A DNA stretch of 64,000 nt from Coraliomargarita sp. (GTDB taxonomy: Bacteria > Verrucomicrobiota > Verrucomicrobiia > Opitutales > Coraliomargaritaceae). Numbering within the stretch: the first letter of the stretch is position 1; each line of letters opens with the position of its first letter. The stretch lies in contig OZ244160.1 of NCBI GenBank assembly GCA_965216325.1, positions 320,001 through 384,000 of the forward strand, read 5' to 3'. Positions 1 to 9,549 of the stretch are shown here, in pieces. The notes below the pieces were generated by a model. It saw only the letters and a program-made list of their open reading frames with translations. It was not told the origin of the DNA and ran no database searches. The position numbers were made by a program, and so were the translations under genes.

Positions 1-1
1 G

Positions 2-52
2 TCGACCTCGGTTGGCATTGCAGCCTACGAGGCGCTGCGGCAGTTGAGGTAG
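2..52 (+). CDS. trmL: 3' end of a SpoU/TrmL-type tRNA methyltransferase (partial, runs off window start)
   Basis: Frame reads STSVGIAAYEALRQLR*, matching the SPOUT C-terminal SxxxxxxxYEAxRQ motif. Confidence 0.65.
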   Translation, partial: STSVGIAAYEALRQLR

Positions 53-118
53 GGGGCGATAGCCTTATCGAACTGCGTTGGTTGTATTGGCACGTTAAGG
101 ATAACGTGTCCTGCCTTT

Positions 119-1435
119 TTACTGCTGTTCGTGCTTCAGGTCGATGAGGATACTCTCGGCAATGCGCTGGCTGCTGCCTTTATTGCGCGTATGCCACTTG
201 CGTCCGGCTTCGCTCATTGATTGGCGTGCATCTGGATCTTGGGCAAGCTCCACAGCGGCCTGCACGAGTTCGTCTGGACTCTGCACTGTCCGAGCTGCGC
301 CATTGCGTACCAGTGAACTGGCGAGGACCTTGAAATTGGTCATCTTCGGGCCCATCAGCACGGGGATGCCGAGGCCAGCGGCTTCGATCGGTGTTTGGCC
401 GCCGTCGTTGGGTTCGAGGCTCTTACCGACAAAGGCTAGGTCAGCAGCTTGGGTCAGTCGGGTGAGTTCGCCCGTGGTATCGGCAAGATGGATTTTGAGA
501 TGCGCAGGTGCGTCTTTACCCTGTGAGCGTTGGTGCCAGGCGAGAGCCTGCTTTTCAAGGAGTTGCGCGATTTCTGCACCGCGCTCCGCGTGGCGCGGAA
601 CCAGTAGGAGTCGGCAGTCTACGCCAGCTTCGATCAGTTTTGCTTGAGCGGCGAGCATCGCTGCTTCCTCTCCCGGCCAAGTGGATGAGCCCAGTAGGAT
701 GAATGGAGCGTTCTTTTCGTTGCTTTCGAATCCGAGCTCACTGCGCAGTTCTTGAATGCCAGCTGCGTCGAGTGTTTGCCCAAAGTCGACGTCAAATTTG
801 ATACTGCCAGTGCAAACGGTGCTTTCGGGCGAGGCACCGAGTGTGATCAGGCGTTGCTGGTCCAGATTGGTGGCTGCGTAGATGTGGTCGAGTTGTCCGA
901 ACAGCCAAGCTGCTAGTTTACTTAGCTTGGAGTAGCGCTCGAAGCTCTTATCGGACATCCGAGCATTTACCAGAAATGCGGGCACCTCGTGCTTACGTGC
1001 TTGGTGAAGGTGCTCCGGCCAGAGTTCACTTTCAGTCAAAATGACTGCGTCGGGCTGAATGCGTTTCCAAGCGGTGTTCGAGAACAGCCAAAAATCGAGT
1101 GGGAAGATGCCGATACTGTAGACTTTGTCTGCATAGCGCTTGCGGGCTTCGACGTATGCGGTGCTAGTCGTGGTGGTGAGCACGATTTCGATATCGCCAT
1201 GCTTTTGTAGACCTTCAATGAGAGGGCCGATTGCAAAGATCTCACCGACACTTACGGCCTGTAGCCAAATCCGCTTTTTCCCGCTTTCAACTGTGGGCAG
1301 GCGGCGAAAGCGGCCGAATCGATGTTGGAAATCCTTCCGGTAACCGCCACGTCGCCACATGCGTAGCAGGTAGTAGGGCAGTGCAAGGCACAGGCCGGGA
1401 AGAAACATCAATCGATAGAACCAAATCATCCGCAT
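119..1435 (-). CDS. waaA: 3-deoxy-D-manno-octulosonic acid (Kdo) transferase
   Basis: IWLQAVSVGE, ESELWP, NARMS, GSIKFD, LVPRHAER, DTTGEL and GGQTPIEAA motifs. Confidence 0.95.
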   Translation of the reverse strand: MRMIWFYRLMFLPGLCLALPYYLLRMWRRGGYRKDFQHRFGRFRRLPTVESGKKRIWLQAVSVGEIFAIGPLIEGLQKHGDIEIVLTTTTSTAYVEARKRYADKVYSIGIFPLDFWLFSNTAWKRIQPDAVILTESELWPEHLHQARKHEVPAFLVNARMSDKSFERYSKLSKLAAWLFGQLDHIYAATNLDQQRLITLGASPESTVCTGSIKFDVDFGQTLDAAGIQELRSELGFESNEKNAPFILLGSSTWPGEEAAMLAAQAKLIEAGVDCRLLLVPRHAERGAEIAQLLEKQALAWHQRSQGKDAPAHLKIHLADTTGELTRLTQAADLAFVGKSLEPNDGGQTPIEAAGLGIPVLMGPKMTNFKVLASSLVRNGAARTVQSPDELVQAAVELAQDPDARQSMSEAGRKWHTRNKGSSQRIAESILIDLKHEQQ

Positions 1436-1443
1436 GGGATATG

Positions 1444-1475
1444 AAAGAGCCTTGGACTGATTCCAAGGCTCTTTT
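1444..1475 (-). terminator. Intrinsic terminator-like hairpin between the pagL-like gene and waaA
   Basis: aaagagccttgga-ctgat-tccaaggctcttt perfect stem. Confidence 0.6.
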
Positions 1476-1501
1476 GAGGTGTTTGCTCTTAATAATCGCT
1501 C

Positions 1502-2044
1502 TTAGAAGCTGTATGCTGCGGAGAAAGCGTGCATGTTTAGGCCGTCATTGTCGCTGTAGAGGCCGGCATTGGATGTATGCTGGTAGCTGTAGCCAATTTC
1601 GAACTGCTCGGTGATTTCCCAATGAATGCCGATGCTGGAGGTAAATTGGAAGAAGCCGCCCATCTCGTGGTCATCCTCTGGTTCATCCTCACTAATAAGT
1701 GTTGGGCCAACCGAGCCACTTAGATAGACTGGGAAGTCTTTATAGTGCAGGCGGAGTTGTGGTGCGGCGTGAATCAGAAAAGTTGTCTCGTCGTCGGAGT
1801 CCCATGCACCGATTGATGTTTTAAACTTTAAGTCCACATGCATCGCTTCAGTAAGATCCCAGTCCCACGAGGTGCCGATGATACCATAGACTTCAGCTCC
1901 CTTGATATTGATGCCGCTTTCATTGTCGGTCGTGCCTTGGATGCCGACTTGTTCAAAGAAAGAGCCCTCTGCTTTGGTGTCTTGGGCGATTAGAAGGGAG
2001 GAAGAGAGCGCGATCAATGCGCCTGCGCAAGCGATAGACTTCAT
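1502..2044 (-). CDS. Lipid A 3-O-deacylase (PagL)/acyloxyacyl hydrolase family outer-membrane beta-barrel
   Basis: Signal peptide, FQFTS..G, YQHTSNAGLYSDNDGLN catalytic H-x-S motif, C-terminal Phe. Confidence 0.85.
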   Translation of the reverse strand: MKSIACAGALIALSSSLLIAQDTKAEGSFFEQVGIQGTTDNESGINIKGAEVYGIIGTSWDWDLTEAMHVDLKFKTSIGAWDSDDETTFLIHAAPQLRLHYKDFPVYLSGSVGPTLISEDEPEDDHEMGGFFQFTSSIGIHWEITEQFEIGYSYQHTSNAGLYSDNDGLNMHAFSAAYSF

Positions 2045-2211
2045 AGATACTGTGATTCAGTGGGTTTGTGGTTAGCTAACGCATTTAGAAATAAAAATGT
2101 TACAATCTTGTGGTCAAGCATTAGAAACAGGTCTGGAGAGGCATTTCAGGTTCTTGGTTATTTTCTATTGACCTGAGGGAACTATCGCATTTTCTCACCA
2201 CCTTCCCACAA

Positions 2212-2570
<359 letters not shown>

Positions 2571-2581
2571 TCTGGCTATAT

Positions 2582-2608
2582 AGTCCGAGCATTGTTCGGG
2601 CTTTTTTT
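2582..2608 (+). terminator. Intrinsic terminator after the tRNA-Ser repeat array
   Basis: agtccgagc/gttcgggct stem followed by a T run. Confidence 0.75.
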
Positions 2609-2721
2609 ATGATTCGATCCTTAGAAGGTTCACCTGTAGCTCGTGTCTGCTTAAGTGTTGACTCAAATTGGCCAGTGGCTGTCCTACCTAGCCCTTACCA
2701 TCCTCACAACTATTTGGAATT

Positions 2722-4119
2722 ATGGCTATCTCAGATAAATACGACCTCGTTGTCATCGGCGGCGGACCTGCAGGTTACGCGGCAGCAATTCGCGCGGGCC
2801 AGCTCGGCAAGAAAGTTGCCTGCGTTGAGCAAGAGCGTCCCGGCGGCACTTGCTTGAACTGGGGTTGTATCCCCTCCAAAGCACTTTTGAAGAGCGCTGA
2901 GCTGTTCAATAAGATCAATCACTGTGAAGGCTTCGGTATCTCTGTGAAGGGCGTGAGCTACGACTTCGACAAGATTATCGGCCGCTCGCGAGGCGTCTCT
3001 GACACCATGGCAAAGGGGATCGAATTCCTGTTTAAGAAGAACAAGGTCGATTACATCAAGGGCGTCGGCACCATCACCGTTCCAGGTATGGTGGAAGTCA
3101 CGGATGGCCCAGACAAGGGCAAGATTCTTTCCACAGACAAGACTTTGATCGCGACGGGCTGTAAGCCACGTCAACTTCCCGATGTGGAAGTCGATGGTGA
3201 GCGTATCATGACTTCCCGTCAGGCGCTCGAAATGAAGAAGCAGCCAAAGTCCATCGTGATTGTAGGTGCAGGCGCGATCGGCGCTGAGTTTGCTTACTTC
3301 CTGAATGCATTCGGCACGAAGGTGACGCTGGTTGAAATGCTGGACCAAGTGCTACCGGTGGAAGATCACGAAGTTGCTGGTGTGGTTGAGCGCGAATTCA
3401 AGAAGCAGGGTATCGATTGCCGGACTTCGACTGCGGTGCAGAACATCAAGGTGGGTAAGAGCAACGTGAAGTTGGATCTCGTCAAGGGCGACAAGACGGA
3501 GTCGGTAACAGCTGACAGCGTCTTGGTCGCAATCGGTGTCGTTGCCAACACCCAAGGCCTACTCTCTCCGCGCACCAAGCTCGCTCAAGATCGCGGCTAC
3601 CTCAAGGTCGATGCGAACTACGAGACCAACGTGAAGGGGGTCTACGCAGCAGGTGACATCATTGGCCCGCCATGGCTTGCACACGTGGCAACTTACGAAG
3701 CCATCCAAGCGGTACAGGGTATGTTTGGCCACGGCCAGCCAAAGCAGGTTACAGATTTCCCAGGCTGCACTTACTGCATCCCGCAAGTGGCTTCCATCGG
3801 TAAGACTGAGAAGAAGCTCAAGGAAGAGGGCGTTGCTTACAAGGTGGGCAAGTTCCCATTCCAGGCATCTGGTAAGGCGGTTGCTTCCGGTGCACCTGAA
3901 GGCTTCGTGAAGCTGATCGTTGACGAGAAGTATGGCGAAATCCTCGGCGCACACATCGTCGGTGGCGATGCGACTGAGATGATCGCTGAATACTGCCTTG
4001 GCAAGAAGCTTGAAGTGACTGCGGAGGAGATCCACAACACGATCCACGCACACCCAACACTGGCCGAAGCAACTATGGAAGCCGCCGCTGCCGTCTTCGG
4101 TGAGGCGATCCACATCTAA
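2722..4119 (+). CDS. lpdA: Dihydrolipoyl dehydrogenase
   Basis: GGGPAGY FAD motif, GGTCLNWGCIPSK redox disulfide, GAGAIG NAD motif, HAHPTLAE. Confidence 0.97.
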   Translation: MAISDKYDLVVIGGGPAGYAAAIRAGQLGKKVACVEQERPGGTCLNWGCIPSKALLKSAELFNKINHCEGFGISVKGVSYDFDKIIGRSRGVSDTMAKGIEFLFKKNKVDYIKGVGTITVPGMVEVTDGPDKGKILSTDKTLIATGCKPRQLPDVEVDGERIMTSRQALEMKKQPKSIVIVGAGAIGAEFAYFLNAFGTKVTLVEMLDQVLPVEDHEVAGVVEREFKKQGIDCRTSTAVQNIKVGKSNVKLDLVKGDKTESVTADSVLVAIGVVANTQGLLSPRTKLAQDRGYLKVDANYETNVKGVYAAGDIIGPPWLAHVATYEAIQAVQGMFGHGQPKQVTDFPGCTYCIPQVASIGKTEKKLKEEGVAYKVGKFPFQASGKAVASGAPEGFVKLIVDEKYGEILGAHIVGGDATEMIAEYCLGKKLEVTAEEIHNTIHAHPTLAEATMEAAAAVFGEAIHI

Positions 4120-4137
4120 GTTGTAGCGTATTTAAGC

Positions 4138-4172
4138 AAAAAGCCGAACCTGTGATGGGTTCGGCTTTTTTT
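4138..4172. terminator. Bidirectional intrinsic terminator
   Basis: aaaaagccgaacc...gggttcggcttttttt between convergent genes. Confidence 0.85.
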
Positions 4173-4178
4173 ATGTAG

Positions 4179-4242
4179 TGGAGGGCAACGCTCCGTCGTT
4201 GCCGCTCTGTAGGTGGTGGCAATGGCGGAGCATTGCCCTCTA
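4179..4242. repeat. REP-like inverted dimer (ggagggcaacgctccgtcgttgcc family), copy 1
   Basis: Two inverted imperfect palindromes; the same family occurs at 29035-29101. Confidence 0.75.
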
Positions 4243-4248
4243 GTCGGG

Positions 4249-4596
4249 TTATAAATTGACGACATCACCATTGCTCAGGGTGATCTGGGTTTGTTTTACC
4301 AGGTGCTGGTGTGTCTGAGAGGCTCGGGATGCCGCGGCCAGTGGTTGTCTGGAGATCGGGGATGGGTTTTGGCGGCTTCGGCTACGGCGTTGGCGCAGCA
4401 GGTCGATTACATTGTTCTTCAGTATGTCTAATGAGATGATGACACTGACTGCAGTGACGACCAGTGCGAAGGTATACCAAGCAGAGGGCAGGACGGGCTC
4501 TAGGTAGAGTAAGGTATTTGCAAGTGTTGTGCCGGAGAGTGCCAGGGCGTAGAGGCCGCTGCGCAGGCGAATGGAGTGATAATCATGAACTGTCAT
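4249..4596 (-). CDS. Hypothetical membrane protein
   Basis: 115-aa ORF, two hydrophobic segments, basic low-complexity tail; fills the intergenic gap. Confidence 0.55.
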   Translation of the reverse strand: MTVHDYHSIRLRSGLYALALSGTTLANTLLYLEPVLPSAWYTFALVVTAVSVIISLDILKNNVIDLLRQRRSRSRQNPSPISRQPLAAASRASQTHQHLVKQTQITLSNGDVVNL

Positions 4597-4755
4597 GGGT
4601 TCATTATAACACCTTTGACAATCCGCTTCGAACTGGACTCAGGCACTAGTCTAGACCCCTCAGTTAGGAGTTCTGAAGGGCCCAGTTTGAAGTCGGGCCT
4701 GCTTTAGTTGATTATTTTAATTACTCTATCTATCTTGTTATTAGTACTTTATGTT

Positions 4756-7557
4756 TTAGTGTGCTTCGAGCCAATTGTCGCCGAGGCCGATTTCGATTTC
4801 GATGGGGCAGGCGAGCTCGAGGGCTTTTTGCATGCCCTCGCTGACGATTTGACGCAGCTGCGCTTCCTCGCTCGGCTCCATGTCGAAGATGAGTTCGTCG
4901 TGCACCTGTAGGAGCATGCGACTTTGCAGGCCTGCTGCTGTAATGGACTTTTGAATACGCACCATGGCCAATTTAATCATATCCGCGGCGGTGCCTTGAA
5001 TGGGCATGTTGATGGCGTTGCGTTCCGCGGCAGCGCGTATGGTGCCGTTGCCGGAGTTGATGTCGCGTAGGTAACGGCGGCGACCACAGACAGTTTCAAC
5101 GTAGCCCTTGCTTTTGGCGCTTTCTTTCTGCGCTTCCATGTAGCCGGGAATGCCGGGGAATTGGGCAAAGTAGCTGTTGATGATTTCCTGTGCTTCGGTG
5201 CGGCTGACCGTGCCGAGGCGTTGCGCGAGGCCAAAGGCTGAGATTCCGTAGGGGATGCCGAAGTTGACCATCTTGGCGGTGCTGCGTTGATTGCGTTCAA
5301 CGGCGTCGGGCTCGACGTCGAAGATCTTTGCAGCGGTTGCAGTGTGGATGTCACGCCCTTCTTTGAAGGCGGTGAGGAGGCCTTCGTCTTTGGTCAGTGC
5401 AGCGAGGATGCGCAGTTCGATCTGCGAGTAGTCCGCGGCGAGGAGTTTCCAGCCCTTGCGTGGGACGAAGGCTTTGCGAATGGCCCGGCCCTGCGAACTG
5501 CGGACAGGGATGTTTTGCAAGTTTGGATCGTTCGAGCTTAGGCGGCCGGTTGCGGTTTGCACCTGGCCGTAGTGGGTGTGCACGCGCCCGCTGACCGCAT
5601 CCACGGCTTGCGGTAACGCATCGATATAAGTGCTCTTTAGCTTGGAGAGTTGGCGATATTCGAGCAGGTCGGCGACGATTTGGTGCTTGGGTGCCAGGCC
5701 GGAGAGGACCTGTTCGTTGGTGGCGTATTGGCCAGTCTTGGTCTTCTTTGGCTTCTCAACTAGCTTGAGTTCGTCGAACAGCACTTCACCGAGTTGCTTG
5801 GGAGAGTTCAGATTGAACTCCCGGCCAGCGGCTTCATACACCGCGCTTTGTAGCGTTGCGATATGATCGCCGAGCGAGTATCCGATCTCTTTGAGTGTGT
5901 CTTCACACATCAGGATGCCTTCGCGTTCCATCGCGACGAGTACGGGGAGCAGCGGAGTTTCAATCTCGAAGAAAATCTTGGCTTGGCCGCTCTCCTCCAG
6001 CTTGGGCTCAAACAGTTGCCAGAGTTGCAGTGCGACGTCGGCGTCTTCGGTCGCGTAGTTGGCGAGGGCCTTGGGATCGACACCGGAGTAGTCGAGCGTT
6101 TCGCCTTTCTTGGCGTCAGGCAGCAGTTCGCTGAAACGCATCGGCGAGTATTGCAGATAATCTTCGGCGAGCGTGTCGAGGTTGTGTCGTTGTTCAGGGT
6201 CGATCAGTGCATGCGCGAGCATGGTGTCGTAGCAGGGGCCTTGGACGTCGCAGTCCTGTTCGGCGAGGATCGCGAGGTCGAACTTCAGGTTGTGCCCGAT
6301 CTTGGTGAGCGAAGTGTCGGCAAAGATGGGGCGCAGGGCGTTGAGGGCTTCCGTGCTGTTGGGCACCCACCAGCCGCTGTGGGCTTTGGTCGAAAAGCTG
6401 AGGCCGACCAGCTCGGCGCTACGTGGATTGAGGGCGGTGGTCTCGGTGTCGAATGCGAAACTGCCGGCTCCCTTGAGTTCGGCGACGAGTTCTGCGTATG
6501 AGCTGGCGCTATTGGCGACGCGGTAGTTGGTCTGGAGGTCGCCGAGTTTCTTAAACGCGACTTCCGGGATCAGGTCGAGTTGGCCAGAGGATGGTGCCGA
6601 ACGGGAGTTCGACGATTCCGCCGCTTTTTCGTCGTCCTCGCTCATTAGCACAAGGTCGTTGGCTGCCTCGGTCGTGGAAAAATCACTGCCGAAGATACGT
6701 TTGCCGAGGGTGCGAAATTCGAACTCGGTGAGCAGGGGGACGAGTTTTTCCTGTTCGGGTGCGTTGAGTTCGAGGTCGGCCCATTGGACTTCAATGGGCA
6801 CGTCGAGCTGAATGGTGGCTAGAGTCTTGGAGAGGCGGGCTTGATCGGCGTTGTCGCGGACTTTCTCCTGTTGCTTGCCCTTCAGCTCGTCGACGTGCTC
6901 AAGCAGGCCCTCGACCGTGTCGTATTTGGCGAGCAGCTTTTCCGCGGTCTTGGGGCCGATACCAGGGACGCCTGGGATGTTGTCAGCGGTGTCGCCACAG
7001 AGTCCGAGCATGTCGATTACCTGGTCGACGCGGGTGATGCCCCATTTTTCTTTGATTTCTTCGACGCCGAGGATTTCGCCGCCGTCGCCTTTGCGTCCGG
7101 GGCGATACATTTTGATCTTTTCGGTGACGAGCTGGCCAAAGTCTTTGTCCGGGGTGACCATGTAGATTTCGTCAAAGCCTTCGGCTTCGGCGCGGTGGGC
7201 GAGGGTGCCGATGATGTCGTCAGCCTCGTAGCCGTTCAATTTCAGCACGGGAATGCCGAATCCTTCGGCTACCCGGTCGAGGTGTGGCATGGCGGCACGC
7301 AGGTCCTCGGGCATTTCCTCGCGGTTGGCCTTATATTCCGGATGGATACGGTGGCGCTCGGTCGGGGCGGAAGTGTCGAATACCACCGCTAGGTGGCTGG
7401 GGTTCTGGTTCTTGATCAGCTCGATGAGGGTGCCCGTGAAACCAAAGATTGCCGAGGTGTTGAAGCCTTTGGAGGTGTAGATCGGGCTGCGAATGAGGGC
7501 GAAGTGCGCGCGGTAGGCCAGCGCCATGCCATCGAGAAGGTAAAGAGACTTTGACAT
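4756..7557 (-). CDS. polA: DNA polymerase I
   Basis: LLDGMALAYRAHFA 5'-3' exonuclease start, FDTET 3'-5' exonuclease, DYSQIELR, KMVNFGIPYG, QVHDEL; ATG at 7557. Confidence 0.98.
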   Translation of the reverse strand: MSKSLYLLDGMALAYRAHFALIRSPIYTSKGFNTSAIFGFTGTLIELIKNQNPSHLAVVFDTSAPTERHRIHPEYKANREEMPEDLRAAMPHLDRVAEGFGIPVLKLNGYEADDIIGTLAHRAEAEGFDEIYMVTPDKDFGQLVTEKIKMYRPGRKGDGGEILGVEEIKEKWGITRVDQVIDMLGLCGDTADNIPGVPGIGPKTAEKLLAKYDTVEGLLEHVDELKGKQQEKVRDNADQARLSKTLATIQLDVPIEVQWADLELNAPEQEKLVPLLTEFEFRTLGKRIFGSDFSTTEAANDLVLMSEDDEKAAESSNSRSAPSSGQLDLIPEVAFKKLGDLQTNYRVANSASSYAELVAELKGAGSFAFDTETTALNPRSAELVGLSFSTKAHSGWWVPNSTEALNALRPIFADTSLTKIGHNLKFDLAILAEQDCDVQGPCYDTMLAHALIDPEQRHNLDTLAEDYLQYSPMRFSELLPDAKKGETLDYSGVDPKALANYATEDADVALQLWQLFEPKLEESGQAKIFFEIETPLLPVLVAMEREGILMCEDTLKEIGYSLGDHIATLQSAVYEAAGREFNLNSPKQLGEVLFDELKLVEKPKKTKTGQYATNEQVLSGLAPKHQIVADLLEYRQLSKLKSTYIDALPQAVDAVSGRVHTHYGQVQTATGRLSSNDPNLQNIPVRSSQGRAIRKAFVPRKGWKLLAADYSQIELRILAALTKDEGLLTAFKEGRDIHTATAAKIFDVEPDAVERNQRSTAKMVNFGIPYGISAFGLAQRLGTVSRTEAQEIINSYFAQFPGIPGYMEAQKESAKSKGYVETVCGRRRYLRDINSGNGTIRAAAERNAINMPIQGTAADMIKLAMVRIQKSITAAGLQSRMLLQVHDELIFDMEPSEEAQLRQIVSEGMQKALELACPIEIEIGLGDNWLEAH

Positions 7558-7564
7558 GGGGAAG

Positions 7565-7595
7565 AACGTCGAACATCGAACGCTCGACGTCGAAC
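7565..7595. repeat. Degenerate heptamer tandem repeat (aacgtcg/aacatcg)
   Basis: aacgtcgaacatcgaacgctcgacgtcgaac just upstream of polA. Confidence 0.7.
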
Positions 7596-7615
7596 CCTGA
7601 ATTGGATTTGGGCAC

Positions 7616-7643
7616 AAAAAAGCCCTTCCACAGTGGAAGGGCT
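7616..7643 (-). terminator. Intrinsic terminator of the small basic protein gene
   Basis: agcccttccac/gtggaagggct stem with an A6 run (T6 on the minus strand). Confidence 0.8.
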
Positions 7644-7669
7644 AGAAAGTTGAAAATCAGCGCAGAGGC

Positions 7670-7829
<160 letters not shown>

Positions 7830-7948
7830 ATGGGCTCCTTGTTAAAAAGTGAAAGCGGGCGAATAAATGGGTCGGCGAGGCAAAGATCAAGGACTAATTT
7901 GCAGGTTTTTCTGGGGGATTTTATCACTTAGGGCAGTTCAATTTTCAT

Positions 7949-8032
7949 CTCTTAATCATAATCTTACTCTTAATCGTAATCCTCGACCTACTTAGAGGAG
8001 ATTAAGATTAAGAGTAGGAGTAAGATTAAGAG
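7949..8032. repeat. Inverted pair of hexamer tandem arrays (taatcN)n/(Ngatta)n, copy 1
   Basis: ctcttaatcataatcttactcttaatcgtaatcctc ... gagattaagattaagagtaggagtaagattaagag. Confidence 0.85.
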
Positions 8033-8081
8033 GTTTGCTCAAATCCTTTACAGGAGCGTCAATAGCGGCCAAGCAAAGAGT

Positions 8082-8468
8082 GTGCTTTTGATTTTTGTAG
8101 TTATAGGCTGCGCTCTCGGTGGAGTGTTGCGCTATCTGCTCATGACAGCGGTGACCCATCGTTTCGGCGATGCGTTTCCGTGGGGGACGCTGGTGGTCAA
8201 CACTTTGGGCAGTTTTCTGCTGGGGCTGGTGTTGGGGCTCGGCTTTCACCTCGAAGAGAGCTGGCAGCATATGGACAAGTTGCACGCGACCGCTGCGATC
8301 GGTTTTTGTGGAGGCCTGACAACGTTTTCGACCTTCAGCCTGCAGACTTTGTCGCTGCTTTCGCAGGGGCGGAAAGATCGTGTTGCCTACAATGTGTTCG
8401 GCAGCGTGTTGGTGTGCTGTTTTGCGGTGCTGCTGGGCTACTGGCTGGGGCAGGAGGTGCTCGGATGA
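8082..8468 (+). CDS. crcB: Fluoride channel Fluc/CrcB, subunit 1
   Basis: GCALGGVLRY, FPWGTLVVN, GFCGGLTTFSTF. Confidence 0.92.
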   Translation: MLLIFVVIGCALGGVLRYLLMTAVTHRFGDAFPWGTLVVNTLGSFLLGLVLGLGFHLEESWQHMDKLHATAAIGFCGGLTTFSTFSLQTLSLLSQGRKDRVAYNVFGSVLVCCFAVLLGYWLGQEVLG

Positions 8469-8860
8469 AGCTTCTTTTCTGGATTGCGCTCGGGAGTGGG
8501 CTCGGGGGCGCGTGCCGCTATGGTCTCGATGAGTTGGCGCTGGCGCTTAAAGGTGATGCTTTTCCGCTTTCCACACTCTTTATCAACATCACGGGGTCCT
8601 TGTTGATTGGTCTGCTCGCGGGGCGTTGGGCGATGGGGGGCGCGGCTAAACCACCGGCAGAGCGCTGGCATTTCTGGATGACAGGGGTCTGTGGCGGCTA
8701 CACGACTTTTTCGACTTTCAGTTGGCAGCTTCTGGATATGATGCAACTTGGCCACGGCCAAGCGGCTGGGTTTTATGGCGCCGCGAGTGTCGGATTCGGT
8801 TTGGTTGCGGTCTGGTTGGGCTTATCCCTGAGCGTGAGACGGCAGGTGGCGGTGAATTAG
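8465..8860 (+). CDS. crcB: Fluoride channel Fluc/CrcB, subunit 2
   Basis: ATG overlaps the upstream stop (ATGA); GLGGACRY, FPLSTLFIN, GVCGGYTTFSTF. Confidence 0.92.
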   Translation: MKLLFWIALGSGLGGACRYGLDELALALKGDAFPLSTLFINITGSLLIGLLAGRWAMGGAAKPPAERWHFWMTGVCGGYTTFSTFSWQLLDMMQLGHGQAAGFYGAASVGFGLVAVWLGLSLSVRRQVAVN

Positions 8861-8948
8861 TCTTTTGCTACACTCGAACAGTAAAGTTCTGGTTGCTTGC
8901 ATTTGAAGTTTCTCTGAGTCAATCGCTTGCAGATTTGTTGAGATTACC

Positions 8949-9431
8949 ATGGCGTATGAATTATGCGAACTGGGGTGCACTGCGATTGCCTACGAGGAGA
9001 TTCAAGAGCCCGGTGGAGAGTTCCCTTTGCTTGCACCGATGTCGCGGATTGCTGGGCAGCTTTCGGTGCATCTTGGTTCGGTCTATCTATTACAGCAGTA
9101 TGGCGGAAAGGGACTTTTGCTCGGTGAAGATGTGAGGCGGATGTCGCAGGGCTCAGTGATTGTAGATATTGCAATCGATCAGGGGGGCTGTGTTGAAACG
9201 AGTCATCCCACTACGTTTGATGCTCCCATTTATGTTGAAGAGGGGGTGGTTCACTGTTCGGTGCGCAACCTCCCTGTCGCCGTGTCACAAACGGCTAGCT
9301 GTGACTTGTCCGAGGCGAGCTTGCCTTATGTTGAACGAATCGCCCAGTTGGAACCAGCCGAGTTGTGTTTGGATCCGATGCTCAAGCCGGCCATTTGTAT
9401 TGTGGATGGCCATGTATTAGCGGCGCCGTGA
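8949..9431 (+). pseudogene. ald: Alanine dehydrogenase remnant (N-terminus and NAD-binding segment missing)
   Basis: AIAYE, LLAPMSRIAG and GGKGLLLG are joined directly to GSVIVDIAIDQGGCVETSHPTT; no GxGxxG segment. Confidence 0.8.
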
Positions 9432-9549
9432 ACCCGGTGAGCTATTTTAGTAAGAGGCACTGCTCAATTTTATAGTTGTTGCTAGCATTCTTGGTGGATG
9501 ATTCGGATTACCATTGTGATTCAGATTAAGAGCGTGAAGGGTGGCGTGG

